Origin: Eledone cirrhosa
Lineage: Eukaryota
Direction of reading: 5' to 3'
DNA length: 64,000 nt
Assembly: GCA_964016885.1 (NCBI GenBank)
Contig: OZ024740.1
Coordinates: 364,188,001-364,252,000 of the forward strand
This document shows, piece after piece, positions 25,776 through 38,349 of this stretch. Positions within the stretch are counted from its first letter, which is position 1. Each line of letters opens with the position of its first letter. The position numbers and the translations under genes are program-made. The notes under the pieces are model-generated. The model saw nothing but the letters and a program-made list of their open reading frames with translations. It was not told where the DNA came from and made no database searches.

Positions 25776-26208
25776 TTCGTTTTTTAATTTGTTTTGCGAG
25801 ATTTCTTATCTGAAAACATGTGTTGAAACAGATATTGTTATACTTTGGAAGGGTCATGCTGCCAATAAAAACACACGCACCTGTTGGTTCTTACTTCAAT
25901 TTATTATAAATTTCCAGTTGGTTGGTTGATTTGATAACCAGAAGGTTGTTTATATATTGTCAAAGCTCTTTCGTCACACATTATGTGACCTCTTCAGTGA
26001 CTAGGTTTTTATTTTGTGTGTCTCTCCTTTGTTCTGTCTTATACCAAAAGTAAGATGGTGTAGGACAGAGCAAAGAAGAGACACACAAAATAAAAACAAC
26101 CTTACGGTTATTGAACCAACTAACTGGACATTTATAATAAATTGAAGTGAAAACCAACAGGTGCGTGTGTTTTTATTGGCAACATGACCCTCCCAAAGTA
26201 TAACAATA
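25776..26208. mobile_element. Fold-back PLE pseudo-LTR insert (family P2)
   Basis: Tail 25776-25831, then inverted arms ~25832-26046 / 26056-26208. Homologous to 39011-39447. Confidence 0.78.
25959..26001 (-). ncRNA. Minimal hammerhead ribozyme
   Basis: gtca CTGAAGA g gtcaca taatg tgtgac GAAA gag CTT tgac. Confidence 0.75.
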
Positions 26209-26279
26209 ATATATATATATATCCCTCTCATACATCTCCTATGAGGAGAGGCTGTAGCATACATCTGGTGAAGCTTCCA

Positions 26280-26500
26280 GTTCACACTGTGAAGTGGTCA
26301 TGTAGGTGTCATGACTAAAAGCACCCAGTCCATACTGTTAATGTGGTTGGTGTTAGGGAGGGTATCCAGCCGTAGAAACCAAGTCAGAAACAGTTCTGAG
26401 TGAGCAAGACATGGTCTCCTGACCCAACTTGCCTCAAACGAGACAACCTGTCTAACCAATGCTAGCGGGGAAAATGGAAGTTAAACGATGATGATGATGA
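26280..26500 (+). mobile_element. Old RTE 3' UTR fragment
   Basis: GTTGGTGTTAGGGAGGGTATCCAGCCGTAGAAA and a (GAT)n tail. Confidence 0.8.
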
Positions 26501-27267
26501 TATGAACAAATTAAGAAGCAATGCAGAAAATAGAAATGTTTATCTGGTTAAACTGAACATTTTGCCACCACAACATGCTTGTCTGCATCAGTATAAATTT
26601 CAAACACAAGTGAATATAAATTCATTATACTGTATGTTGATTTCTTTATCTCATATTGGTTTTTACAATAATTTTTATGTTTAACCCTATGGATAAGAAG
26701 CCTACTGATACTTCTGCTCTAAAGAAGACAGAGACTTTTATTTTTTTAGACATACGAGAACAAGACTATTAGTATTTGAAATTCGGTGGAAAAAATATAC
26801 AGTAAAACAAAAAGAAACAACATATCTTAGTTCCAACAGACATTGAAAATTATACATATTCTTGAAGAGATTCACTCATTTATCTTTCTAGCATAAAAAT
26901 AGCAAGCAAATTTATTGATTCAATTGTCCTCTAAGGGTGAATATATATATATATATATATATATAAGCATATATCTCTATATGTATATATAAGTATACAT
27001 ATATAAGTATACATATATAAGTATATATATATATGTATATATATAAATTTTAGTACAGCATTAACGAAGCTTTAGTTCGCGGCCAAGCTAACAAATGCAA
27101 ATTCGGTCTGTAGCGTTAGCACTCGGATGGGGAAAAGTACCCCAGAGTAATAACAATATGTTTAGACATCTTAGCAAATCAAATATAGTGATCGGCAGTC
27201 CAGCCGCATCACTAGAGCAACATATATATATATATATAAGCATATATATATATATATATAAGCATAT

Positions 27268-27870
27268 GTCATCATCATCATCATCATCATCGTTTAACGT
27301 CCCTGTTCCACGCTTGCATGGGTCTGGACGGGAATTTTCCCACTTGAGGCAAGAGTGGTTGTCTTGCTCGCATAGGACTGTCTGGCAGGTTTTCTACAGC
27401 TGGATACCCTTCCTAACACCAACCACATTTACAGTGTGGAACTGGGAGGTTTTTACCGTGTTACCTACACGGCCACATTACAGTGTGGACTGTGTGTTTT
27501 TTTGTCGTGACACCTACACGACCTCATTTGTTTCGGCCTGGATGTTGTGGCACCAACATAACTTTACATTGAAAGGGGCGGTGTGGATGAGGTGGGGGTG
27601 GTGGGATGGGGGTGTATTTTGTTAGAGATGCCTACTGATTATAGTAGGTTTTACTTTGTATTTAGGTAAGGCGGGTCTTCTCTATTACTCAGTACCGCCA
27701 AAGATCTCGGTCCAGTGACATTGTCTTGGAGAGGTGTAAGTGTGTGAGGTCGGAATTTATCAGGTCGTCCCAGGTTTTTCTGGGTCTGCCTACTCCATGG
27801 CTACCGTCTATCTTTATTGCCCTGCACTTTTTTATACAGCTGTCATCTCTCATGCGCATCACGTGGCCAT
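27268..27870 (-). mobile_element. RTE family B, 5'-truncated
   Basis: Matches the 3' end of 55585-59640. (GAT)n tail, in (TA)n. Confidence 0.93.
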
Positions 27871-28092
27871 AATATATATATATATATAAGCATAAGTATA
27901 TATATATATAGATGTATTTTAATTATGTCTCATATAAAATAATACAACTGGCTATCCGCAAAATACATATAGTTAGCACCCCAAACGTAAAATTGGGATT
28001 ATACTAAGGTATATCCTAATGTTTGTTGAGTGAGACGGAAGCCGGTCGGAGTATTGCTTAAAGCTTTCTCTGTTAATGTATTAAATATATAA

Positions 28093-28137
<45 letters not shown>

Positions 28138-28138
28138 C

Positions 28139-28183
<45 letters not shown>

Positions 28184-28195
28184 CATAAGTATATA

Positions 28196-28976
28196 TCATC
28201 ATCATCATCATCATCATCAACGTTTAACGTCCGTGTTCCACGCTTGCATGGGTTTGGACGGGGGTATTCCCACTTGAGGCAAGAGTGGTTGTCTTGCTCG
28301 CATAGGACTGTCTGGCAGGTTTTCTACAGTTGGATGCCCTTCCTAACACCAACCACATTTACAGTGTGGGACTGGGAGGTTTTTACCGTGTTGCCTACAC
28401 GGCCACATTACAGCGTGGACTGTGTGTTTTTTGTCGTGACACCTACACGATTTCATTTGTTTCAGCCTGGATGGTGTGGCACCAACATAACTTTACATAG
28501 GAGGGGTGGTGTTGATGGGGTGTGGGTGGTGGGACGGGGGTGTATTTTGTTAGAGATGCCTACTGGCTGTAGTAGGTTTTACTATGTATTTAGGTAAGGC
28601 GGGTCTTCTCTATTACTGAGTACCGCCAAAGGTCTCCGTCCAGTGACATTGTCTTGGAGAGGTGTAAGTGTGTGAGGTCGGAGTTTATCAGCTCGTCCCA
28701 GGATTTTCTAGGTCTGCCTATTCCGTGGCTACCATCTATCTTTATTGCCCTGCACTTTGTTATACAGCTATCGACTTTCATGCGCATCACGTGTCCGAGT
28801 AAACAACATCTGATCCCTCTTATTTCTAATTTTTTTCCTTAGTTCGTTTATGCTTTGCCGTTCACGTATATTACTATTACACATCCAGCGGAGCATGCAA
28901 GCTTCGTTCCTCTCTAGTCTGCGTATATTCTCTGCACACAATGCCCAGATCTCACTGCCATGCAACATTGCTGTTC

Positions 28977-28980
<4 letters not shown>
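28196..28980 (-). mobile_element. RTE family B, 5'-truncated
   Basis: ORF pieces 28768-28968 and 28590-28790, 3' UTR, (GAT)n tail. Confidence 0.93.
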
Positions 28981-29029
<49 letters not shown>

Positions 29030-30164
29030 CATCATCATCATAATCACCGTTTTACATTGCTCACACTGGAACTGATTCTGGGTTGATTTCTACAGCTGCC
29101 CTTCCTAACACCAACCTCATATACAGTGAGTGCTGGGTGCTTTTTTCCGTGGTGCCTACACGACCACTTTACAGTGTGGGCTGGGTGCTTTTTTCCCGTG
29201 GCACCTTCACGACCTTCACGGTGTGGGGGCATATTGTCTATATGCTTCAGCTTCGGCTTGTACCCGTAGGAGGTCGGGTCTTCTGTATTACTGTGTGATG
29301 CCAGAGGTCACGGTCATGTCTCATCGCTTTTGAGAGGTGTAATTGGGTAAGGTCAGCTTTTATCATCTAATCCTAGGTCTTCTTGAGTCTCCCCACTCCG
29401 CGGTTTCTATCGATTCTAGTGCTCTGCACTTTTTTATGCAGCTGTCATCCTTCATACGCATCATATCTCCATACCAACGCAACCGCCTCTCCTGCACAGA
29501 GCATTTGATTTCTCTTATGCTCAGTCTCTCTCTCTCTATTCATTTATGCTTTGCCGTTCACGTATATTACTATTCACATCCATCGGAGCATGCAGGCTTC
29601 GTTTCTCTCTAATCTACGTAAGTCTTCCACCTTCAGCGCCCAGGTCTCACTACCATGCAACATTTCTGTTCGTATACACGCATCATACAGTCTGCCTTTC
29701 ATTTTCGGGGAAAGGCCTTTTGCAGCTAGCAGTGGCAGTAGTTCCCTGAACTTCTTCCATCCCATTCTTACCCTAGTTATTGTACTTTCCGAACACCCAC
29801 CTCCGCTGCTAATTCGGTCACCTAGGTAGCAGAACCTGTCTACTGTTTCTACAGGGCCCTCCCAGAGATTGGTGGTACTTGTTACTTGTTTCCTCTGGCT
29901 GTTTGCTGCTTGCTGTGCCAGCACAGCTGCTGCATGTGAAGCCTACATTCTTAGTTAAGGTTCCTGAGATCCCGCTACATCTCTTGTGTACCCATTGTTT
30001 GCATTTGGGGCAGAGAATGGAGTTCCTACCTAAAGCTTTCCTACATACTGAGCAAGGCCATTTCCCTGAGGGGATCTGGGTTCTGTTTTCTCGTCTACTT
30101 ACAAGGACCTTAGTCTTTGTCATGTTGACTTTGAGACCTTTCTTTCTAGTCCCTGCTTCCAAGT
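29030..30164 (-). mobile_element. RTE family A, 5'-truncated
   Basis: PHD finger and C-terminus. 3' UTR has a deletion near 29056. Confidence 0.92.
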
Positions 30165-30309
30165 ATATATATATATAAGCAAGCAGGGTAAAGCGGACGT
30201 AAAATAATGATGATGATGATGATATATATATATACTTGGATATATATATATATACTTGGAGATATATATAAACTTGCATATATATATATACTTGGATATA
30301 TATATATAT

Positions 30310-30445
30310 ATAGGAACAAGTAAGACCCCGACGGCTGAGCTCAGCCGTCGGGGTCTTACTTGTTCCTATTACCCACTCTACTACCCTAAGTATTGAGTAC
30401 TTTGGTGCGTTATGGTCCACCTGGTTCCTTACCACATTTCCTTCG

Positions 30446-30447
<2 letters not shown>
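30310..30447. mobile_element. Minimal fold-back insert: 60-bp perfect palindrome plus tail
   Basis: 30310-30369 is perfectly self-complementary, followed by a 78-bp tail, in (TA)n. PLE origin is inferred from architecture only. Confidence 0.6.
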
Positions 30448-30483
<36 letters not shown>

Positions 30484-30518
30484 TTGGATATATAGATATA
30501 TATACTTAGATATATATA

Positions 30519-31733
30519 TACTTGGAAGCAGGTACTAGAAAGAAAGGGTCTCAAAGTCAACATGACAAAGACTAAGGTCCTTGTAAGTAGACGAGAAAAC
30601 AGTACCCAGATCCCCTCAGGGAAATGGCCTTGCTCAGAATGTAGGAAAGCTGTAGGTAGGAACTCCATTCTCTGCCCCAAATGCAAACAATGGGTACACA
30701 AGAGATGTAGTGGTATCTCAGGAAGCTTAATTAAGAATGTAGGCTTCACATGTAGCAGCTGCACAGGGACAGCAAGCACCAACAGACAGAGGAAACAAGT
30801 ACCACCAATCTCTGGGAGGACTCTGTAGAAACAGTAGACAGCTTCTGCTGCCTAGATGACCGAATTAGCAGTGGAGGTGGGTGTTCGGAAAGTACAATAA
30901 CTAGGGTAAGGACGGGATAGAAGAAGTTCAGGCAGCTACAGCCAGTGCTAGCTGCAAAAGGCTTCTCCCTCAAAATGAAAGGCAGACTGTATGATGCGTG
31001 TATATGAACAGAATGTTACATGGAAGTGAGACCTGGGCACTGAAGGTGGAAGACTTACGTAGATTAGAAAGAAATGAAGCTTGCATGCTCCGATGGATGT
31101 GTAATAGTAATATACGTGAACGGCAAAGTATAAATGAATTGAGAGAGAGACTGAGAATAAGAGGAATCAAATGCTGTGTGCAGGAGAGGCGGTTGCGCTG
31201 GTATGGACATGTGATGAGTATGAAGGATGACAGCTGCATAAAAAGGTGCAGAGCACTAGAAGTCAATGGAAACCGCGGAGTGGGGAGACCCAAGAAGACT
31301 TGGGATGAGGTGATAAAAGTCGACCTTACCCTATTGACCCTATTGCACCTCTCAAAGGCAATGACACACCACCGTAAGCGCTGGCGTCACGCAGTAATAC
31401 AGAGTACCCAACCTCCCATGGGTACAAGCTGAAGCATGTAGACAATATGCCCCCACACCCTCCCACTGCAAAGTGGTCATGGAGGTGCCACGGCAAAAAA
31501 GCACCCAGCCCACACTGTAAAGTGGACGTGTAGGCGCCACGGAAAAAAGCACCCAGCACTGACTGTAAATGAGGTTGGTGTTAGGAAGGGCATCCAGCTG
31601 TAGAAATGGAGCCAAAATCAGTTCCTGTATGAGCAAGGCATGGTCAGCCGACCAGACACTGCCCACAACAGGACAACCCGTCTAACCCATGCTAGCATGG
31701 AAGAACCGACGTAAAATGGTGATGATGATGATG
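30519..31733 (+). mobile_element. RTE family A, 5'-truncated
   Basis: ORFs 30562-30828 (PHD) and 30998-31432, 3' UTR, (GAT)n tail. Confidence 0.93.
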
Positions 31734-31755
31734 CTTATATATATATATATATACT

Positions 31756-31940
31756 TATCAAAATGAAAATCCGAAGGCCTTCGGATTTTCATTTTGATAC
31801 TTATACTCCGTTTTACATCATCTAGCTGTTTCCTCGAATGGAATTGGAGATATACAAAAGCGTGGAGAACTTAATATTGCTAACATAAAGTTATTGGACC
31901 ATTTTACACAACTAATATCGCACCTTACTATATAACAACT
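31756..31940. mobile_element. Minimal fold-back insert: 44-bp perfect palindrome plus tail
   Basis: 31756-31799 is a perfect palindrome followed by a ~140-bp tail, in (TA)n. Confidence 0.6.
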
Positions 31941-32084
31941 ATATATATACTTATATATATATATATATATATACTTATATATATATATACTTATATATAT
32001 ATATATGCTTATATATATATATATACTTATATATATATATATATATATACTTATATATATATATATATAAGTATATATATATAT

Positions 32085-32696
32085 AAATGGAAAAAATGAA
32101 AGGAAATTTCATTTCCCACTCTTAGTACGGCTGTTACTTAAATATAAGTATGTACACGTACATACATATATGTATACAGACGTACAGTAGTATGTATATA
32201 TATATACATACATGCACACATATATATATGTACGTATGGATTCACCGAACATTTATTATAATGCTCGGTGTGTTTGTAAATAAACATCCCGTATTAAGCC
32301 GTAGTGTCTAGCAACCATCGTTGCTCGTTTGTTCAACACTGACAAAGGAACACTGTACTAGTTTCAAGCTTATTACCTATCGTCAGCAACGTATACCTTC
32401 CTGCCAGATGATTGAACGTCTGAAAGTATATACTTTCCTTATGCATATTAACGGCTGAGTAGCCCAATTTGCATATCGAATGTGGGTTAATCCTTTGTCA
32501 GTGTTGAACAAACGAGCAACGATGGTTGCTAGACACTACGGCTTAATACGGGATGTTTGTTTACAAACACACCGAGCATTATAATAAATGTTCGGTGAAT
32601 CCATACGTACATATATATATGTGTGCATGTATGTATATATATATACATACTACTGTACGTATGTATACATATATGTATGTACGTATACATACTTAT
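32085..32696. mobile_element. Fold-back PLE pseudo-LTR insert (family P1)
   Basis: Tail 32085-32142, arms 32143-32349 / 32491-32696, hammerhead in the loop. Confidence 0.8.
32351..32391 (-). ncRNA. Minimal hammerhead ribozyme (weak helix II)
   Basis: cgttg CTGACGA taggtaataagctt GAAA cta GTA cagtg, with palindromic ACTAGT. Confidence 0.65.
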
Positions 32697-32777
32697 ATAT
32701 ATATATATATATATATAAGTATATATATATATATATATATATAAGTATATATATATATATATATATATAAGTATATA

Positions 32778-33039
32778 TCATCATTATGTATAAAAGGCAG
32801 ATTGTTGTTGTTGTGTGAGTGTGTGCATGTTCCATGTTTATACATTTGCACAATTTCAAACCGATTCGACTCAAAGTCTGTAAGAATGTTGTAAATGGTA
32901 TAACTAAAGGTCACCAACTCTTTATTTCATTCACACTCACCAACAATTACGGAAATAATCGATAAAAGTAAATACATGATGCTTTACCCCTCCCTCTAAT
33001 ATAATCTGATTACCTCTCTCTACTCCCCTTAAACTTTAA

Positions 33040-33107
<68 letters not shown>

Positions 33108-33771
33108 TTTTGAGTGTGGAACGGTCAAATATTTATTTACTTCAATGACAAAGAGAACTTATTACATTTCATATGAAACAACAATTATTCAAAAGTAACA
33201 GATAAATTTATTCAACAACAAAAAATATAGCGATAAATCTTTTTTAAAACATCTATCAACGAACGTGGAAGAAAGAAGTATCAGTTCATTTACTATACAC
33301 AATAATATCCTCTATGAGGTCACTAAACCTGCTAGAAACAGCAGCTAACTCTCCCCCGTATCACACCACTCCCTACTATCTTAAATTTAGAAAATATATC
33401 CTCTATGAGGTCACTAAACCTGCTAGAAACAGCAGCTAACTCTCCCCCATATCACACCCCTCCCTACTGTCTTAAATTTAGAAAACACACATTAGACAAC
33501 CATGCAGAACAACTCCATCGCAGCTCTGTTGTTCGGCTGGCATCGTCTACGCGCGTGTTGCGCAAGTACTGTGAAACAATAAATTTCAACACTTCTTTGC
33601 ACAGAGGCGAAACTACAATTGTCACTGCTGGCGCAGCTCCTGCTTCGGCAGTCCTGGTCTGCAATTCATTCACCCAGTGCCTGGCAGACAAAAAAGTGCT
33701 GCCATAAAATGGGTGGTGCAACCTAACTTTGGTAAGTTACTGACCCGAGCAACGCCGGGCTTTAATGCTAG
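32778..33771 (+). mobile_element. Non-autonomous Helitron
   Basis: A|TC start and 3' hairpin CCCGAGCAACGCCGGG then CTAG|T. Internal (GA)n and a ~92-bp tandem duplication. Confidence 0.82.
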
Positions 33772-34112
33772 TATATATATATATAAGTATATATATAAGT
33801 ATATATATATATATAAGTATATATATATAAGTATATATATATATATATAAGTATATATATATATATATATAAGTATATATATATATATATATAAGTATAT
33901 ATATATATATATATATAAGTATATATATATATATATATAAGTATATATATATATAAGTATATATATATATATATATATAAGTATATATATATATAAGTAT
34001 ATATATATATATATATATAAGTATATATATATATAAGTATATATATATATATATATATAAGTATATATATATATAAGTATATATATATATATATATAAGT
34101 ATATATATATAA

Positions 34113-34378
<266 letters not shown>

Positions 34379-34468
34379 TATATATATATATATATAAAGA
34401 AAAAGAGATGAAATCGAAAATGCAACTGGAGTCTTATTTAAAAAAAAAATATATATATTTATTTGGTT

Positions 34469-34506
34469 CCTTTACCGGTTTCGCAGTTCTTCTGCTTTTC
34501 AAAAGG
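34469..34506 (-). ncRNA. Minimal hammerhead ribozyme, U3-A8 core
   Basis: Mirror image of 38312-38349. Confidence 0.75.
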
Positions 34507-35126
34507 TGAGTTGAGATGGAGGGTCTGTGGTTTTTTTCACATCTGGTTGGTCTCTGAATGTTACTTGTTTTATATGGAAAAAGTGGCTCGAAATGCCAGG
34601 TTTTTCGAGAAGTAATTTGATTGGTCTGTCAATAATTATAATAAATTTCGCGCCAGTTCGCGTTACAATAATTCTTCAAATAAGAGGGGGGGGGTTGTCA
34701 TAGGTTGTTTTTTCATATATGAGTGTTTGAATTTCTTTTTACTTGAAAAAAGGAGGCTCACGAAGGCTTTTTTTTGGTTGGTTATAAATGAAATTATGGC
34801 TGTCACGTGAACAAGTTTTCATTAAATTTTTGTGCCCTTATTTGGAAATCCATTCTGTAGCCTTTTTAGAGAATTTTTTGATAAGTGAAAGATAATGGTC
34901 AAGAGAAAGGGATGGGAGAATTGTTCTGGTTCAGTGAATATGGTTAGTTCGCTGGGGTGTCAGAATTCAGATTTTCTATTGAATAAAGAAAGTAAAGATA
35001 TGTATGTTTATTTGTGTGCTTGTGTGTGTGTGTGCGTGTGTGTGTGTGTGTGTGTTGTGTGTGTGTGTGTTTGAATTTCTTTACTTTAAAAAAAGGTGGC
35101 TCACGAAGGCTTTTTTTAATAAAACG

Positions 35127-36934
35127 CTGAAAAATATAAAAATTCTATGTTCTCTCTTTTACAAAATACTAATTACTATGAAAGAGTAAAAAACTACCAG
35201 CAATCAAAAATAATGACCAAATTAAACACACTGATTTATCGATACCAGGAAGACCTAACTAAAAAGGAACGCGATTATTTAACAAATTTTGAATACAAAA
35301 CCAGCAACCTTTACGGACTTCCGAAAATCGACAAGTGTAAAATAATCAACGATGCCTGTAAACAATCCACCTCAGCTTGCGTGAACACACAATACTCCCA
35401 CATACCTTAAATTAAGACCAATTGTAGCGGGCCCACAATGTGAAACACACAGATTGAGAAACTTTATAGACATACTACTGAAACCAATACTGAAACACAT
35501 ACCAAGCCTTGTAAGAGACGATCTGGACCTCTTAAACCACCTCCCCAAACATGTCAACAACGACACTATTATTGTGTCTTTCGATGTAGTGAATCTCTAC
35601 ACAACGATCCCACACCAATACGGACTAGAAGCAATAGGATTCCTGACAGAATAGAAAAAAGCTTCATCACCGAGGGATTAAAATTCATCCTACAGAACAA
35701 CTTTTTTGATTTCGATGGCAATACTTACAAGCAAATATCGGGGACTGCGATGGATACAAAAGCCGCTCCAACTTATGCCAACTTAGTCATGGCATACTTA
35801 GAAGTCCAGATATATGAACAGTCCAAATCAAAATACGGATTGAACTTCCACAAATATTTATCAGAGAATTGGAAATGCTACTTGGATGATTGCCTCATTC
35901 TTTGGTCCCACACACTCGACCAACTGAAGGATTTCAAAAACTTAATAAACGGCATCAATAACCACATCCAATTCACAATGGAATACAGCCAAGATCAACT
36001 CCCATTTCTGGACATCTTAATCTTAAAAAAAGACACAAATATCGAAACTGACATACACTACAAACCAACAGATTCCAAACAATATCTGCTATTCACCTCC
36101 AACCATCCAAAGCACACGAAGACGAACATTCCTTTTAACCTAGCAAGAAGAATTTGCACAATTGTCTCCAATTATGAAACGCGAAATAAAAGACTTCAAG
36201 AATTAAAGGAAATTCTACTCGAGAGAGAGTACCCACTATTACTAATAAATAATAGAATAGAAAGGGCTAAAGCAATAGGCATTGATGAATTACAGAAACA
36301 GAAACAAATTCAAGGTACGTCCAATATTCTATCATATATCTCAACACACAACCCAAGAAATGCGGAAGCTTACAACACTATTCACAAGAACATCCCACTA
36401 CTAAAACAAAACCCAAGAATGAAAAAAGCCCTTGAAACACACAACATAATCAAAAGCAAAAGACAACCAAAATCACTGAAAACATTACTCACCAATGCCA
36501 AATTACCTACCACAAACCCACAACCAAGTATCAAAAAATGTGGTCGCTCTAATTGTGGAACCTGCACTCACCTCATTGAAGGCAACATGTATACATTTAA
36601 ATCAGGACAAAATTTTACTGTAAAAAATCACTTCACTTGCTCATCAAAAAATCTAGTTTATGCCATTAAATGTAAAGGATGCAATGAAGATTATATAGGA
36701 CAAACTAAACTCACACTCAGAAATAGAATGACAGTTCATCGCCAACAATTACGAGATCCAACCACGAGACAGATACCACTAAATGCACATCTAGACATTT
36801 GCGCAAGTAATAAGACACCCAAATTCCAAGTCTTCCCATTTTACCTTTGCGCTAACAATACAACAGAACAAATGCGAATAAATAAGGAAAATATGTTTAT
36901 TCAAAAATATAGACCAACATTAAATATGGTTTAA
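35127..36934 (+). pseudogene. PLE polyprotein (RT, Cys linker, GIY-YIG), disrupted
   Basis: LYGLPKID, LRPIV, SFDVVNLYTTIP, GTAM..APTYANL, YLDD, LPFLDI, CGRSNCGTC, VYAIKCKGC..YIGQT..RMTVH..H. Frameshifts or a deletion upstream of 35750. Confidence 0.92.
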
Positions 36935-37763
36935 TATACATTATGTCAACACCATAATATGACATACACACACACACACATAACACCTTCTACTTTAGAA
37001 AATAAAAACCCGAACTAAATAAACCTTAACATACGTTTGCACTGACAATACAACAGCAAATACGAATAAGTAAGGAAAATATGTTCATTCAAAAATATTC
37101 CTACTAAAGGAATCACTTTCCTACACACACACATACACACACACACAATATATATATATATATTCTCTTCATCTTAACATGCTAACCATACTCCCACACA
37201 CATAACACCCATACACACACATAACAACCCCCACACCCACAACTCCCTCCCCATTTCTACTAATAGAACCACTTTCCTACACACATATATATACACACAC
37301 ACAAAATATATATTCTCTCCATCTTAACATACTCGCACACACACACATAACACCCATATACACGCACACACAACTCCCTCCCCCATTTCTACTAATAGAA
37401 TCATCTTCCAATACACACATACACACACACACACACACACACAAGCACACAAATAAACATACATATCTTCACTTCAATAGAAAATCTGAAGTCTGACACC
37501 CCAGCGAACTAACCATATTCACTGAACCAGAACAATTCTCCCAATCCCATTTCTCTTGACCACTATCTTTCCATTGTCATAACATTCGCTATAAAGGCTA
37601 CAGAATAGTTTTCCAAATAAGGACGCAAAAATGTAATGAAAACTTGTTCACGTGACAGCCAAATTTCATTTATAACCAATCCAATCACGTTTATTAAAAA
37701 AAAAAGCCTTCGTGAGCCACCTTTTTTTAAAGTAAAGAAATTCAAACACACACACACACACAC

Positions 37764-37797
<34 letters not shown>

Positions 37798-38311
37798 AGC
37801 ACACAAATAAACATACATATCTTTACTTTCTTTATTCAATAGAAAATCTGAATTCTGACACCCCAGCGAACTAACCATATTCACTGAACCAGAACAATTC
37901 TCCCATCCCTTTCTCTTGACCATTATCTTTCACTTATCAAAAAATTCTCTAAAAAGGCTACAGAATGGATTTACAAATAAGGGCACAAAAATTTAATGAA
38001 AACTTGTTCACGTGACAGCCATAATTTCATTTATAACCAACCCCAAAAAAACCTTTGTGAGCCTCCTTTTTTCAAGTAAAAAGAAATTCAAACACTCATA
38101 TATGAAAAAAACAACCTATGACAACCCCCCCCTCTTATTTGAAGAACTATTGTAACGCGAACTGGCGCAAAATTTATTATAATTATTGACAGACCAATCA
38201 AATTACTTCTCGAAAAACCTGGCATTTCGAGCCACTTTTTCCATATAAAACAAGTAACATTCAGAGACCAACCAGATGTGAGAAAAACCACAGACCCTCC
38301 ATCTCAACTCA

Positions 38312-38349
38312 CCTTTTGAAAAGCAGAAGAACTGCGAAACCGGTAAAGG
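38312..38349 (+). ncRNA. Minimal hammerhead ribozyme, U3-A8 core
   Basis: cctt TTGAAAA gcag aagaa ctgc GAAA ccg GTA aagg, then AATAAA. Palindromic ACCGGT. Confidence 0.78.

Noticed and set aside
35127-36934. Selenocysteine-recoding (Naiad-type) PLE
   Set aside because: The endonuclease is C-terminal, and the breaks are frameshifts or deletions rather than in-frame TGA at Cys positions.
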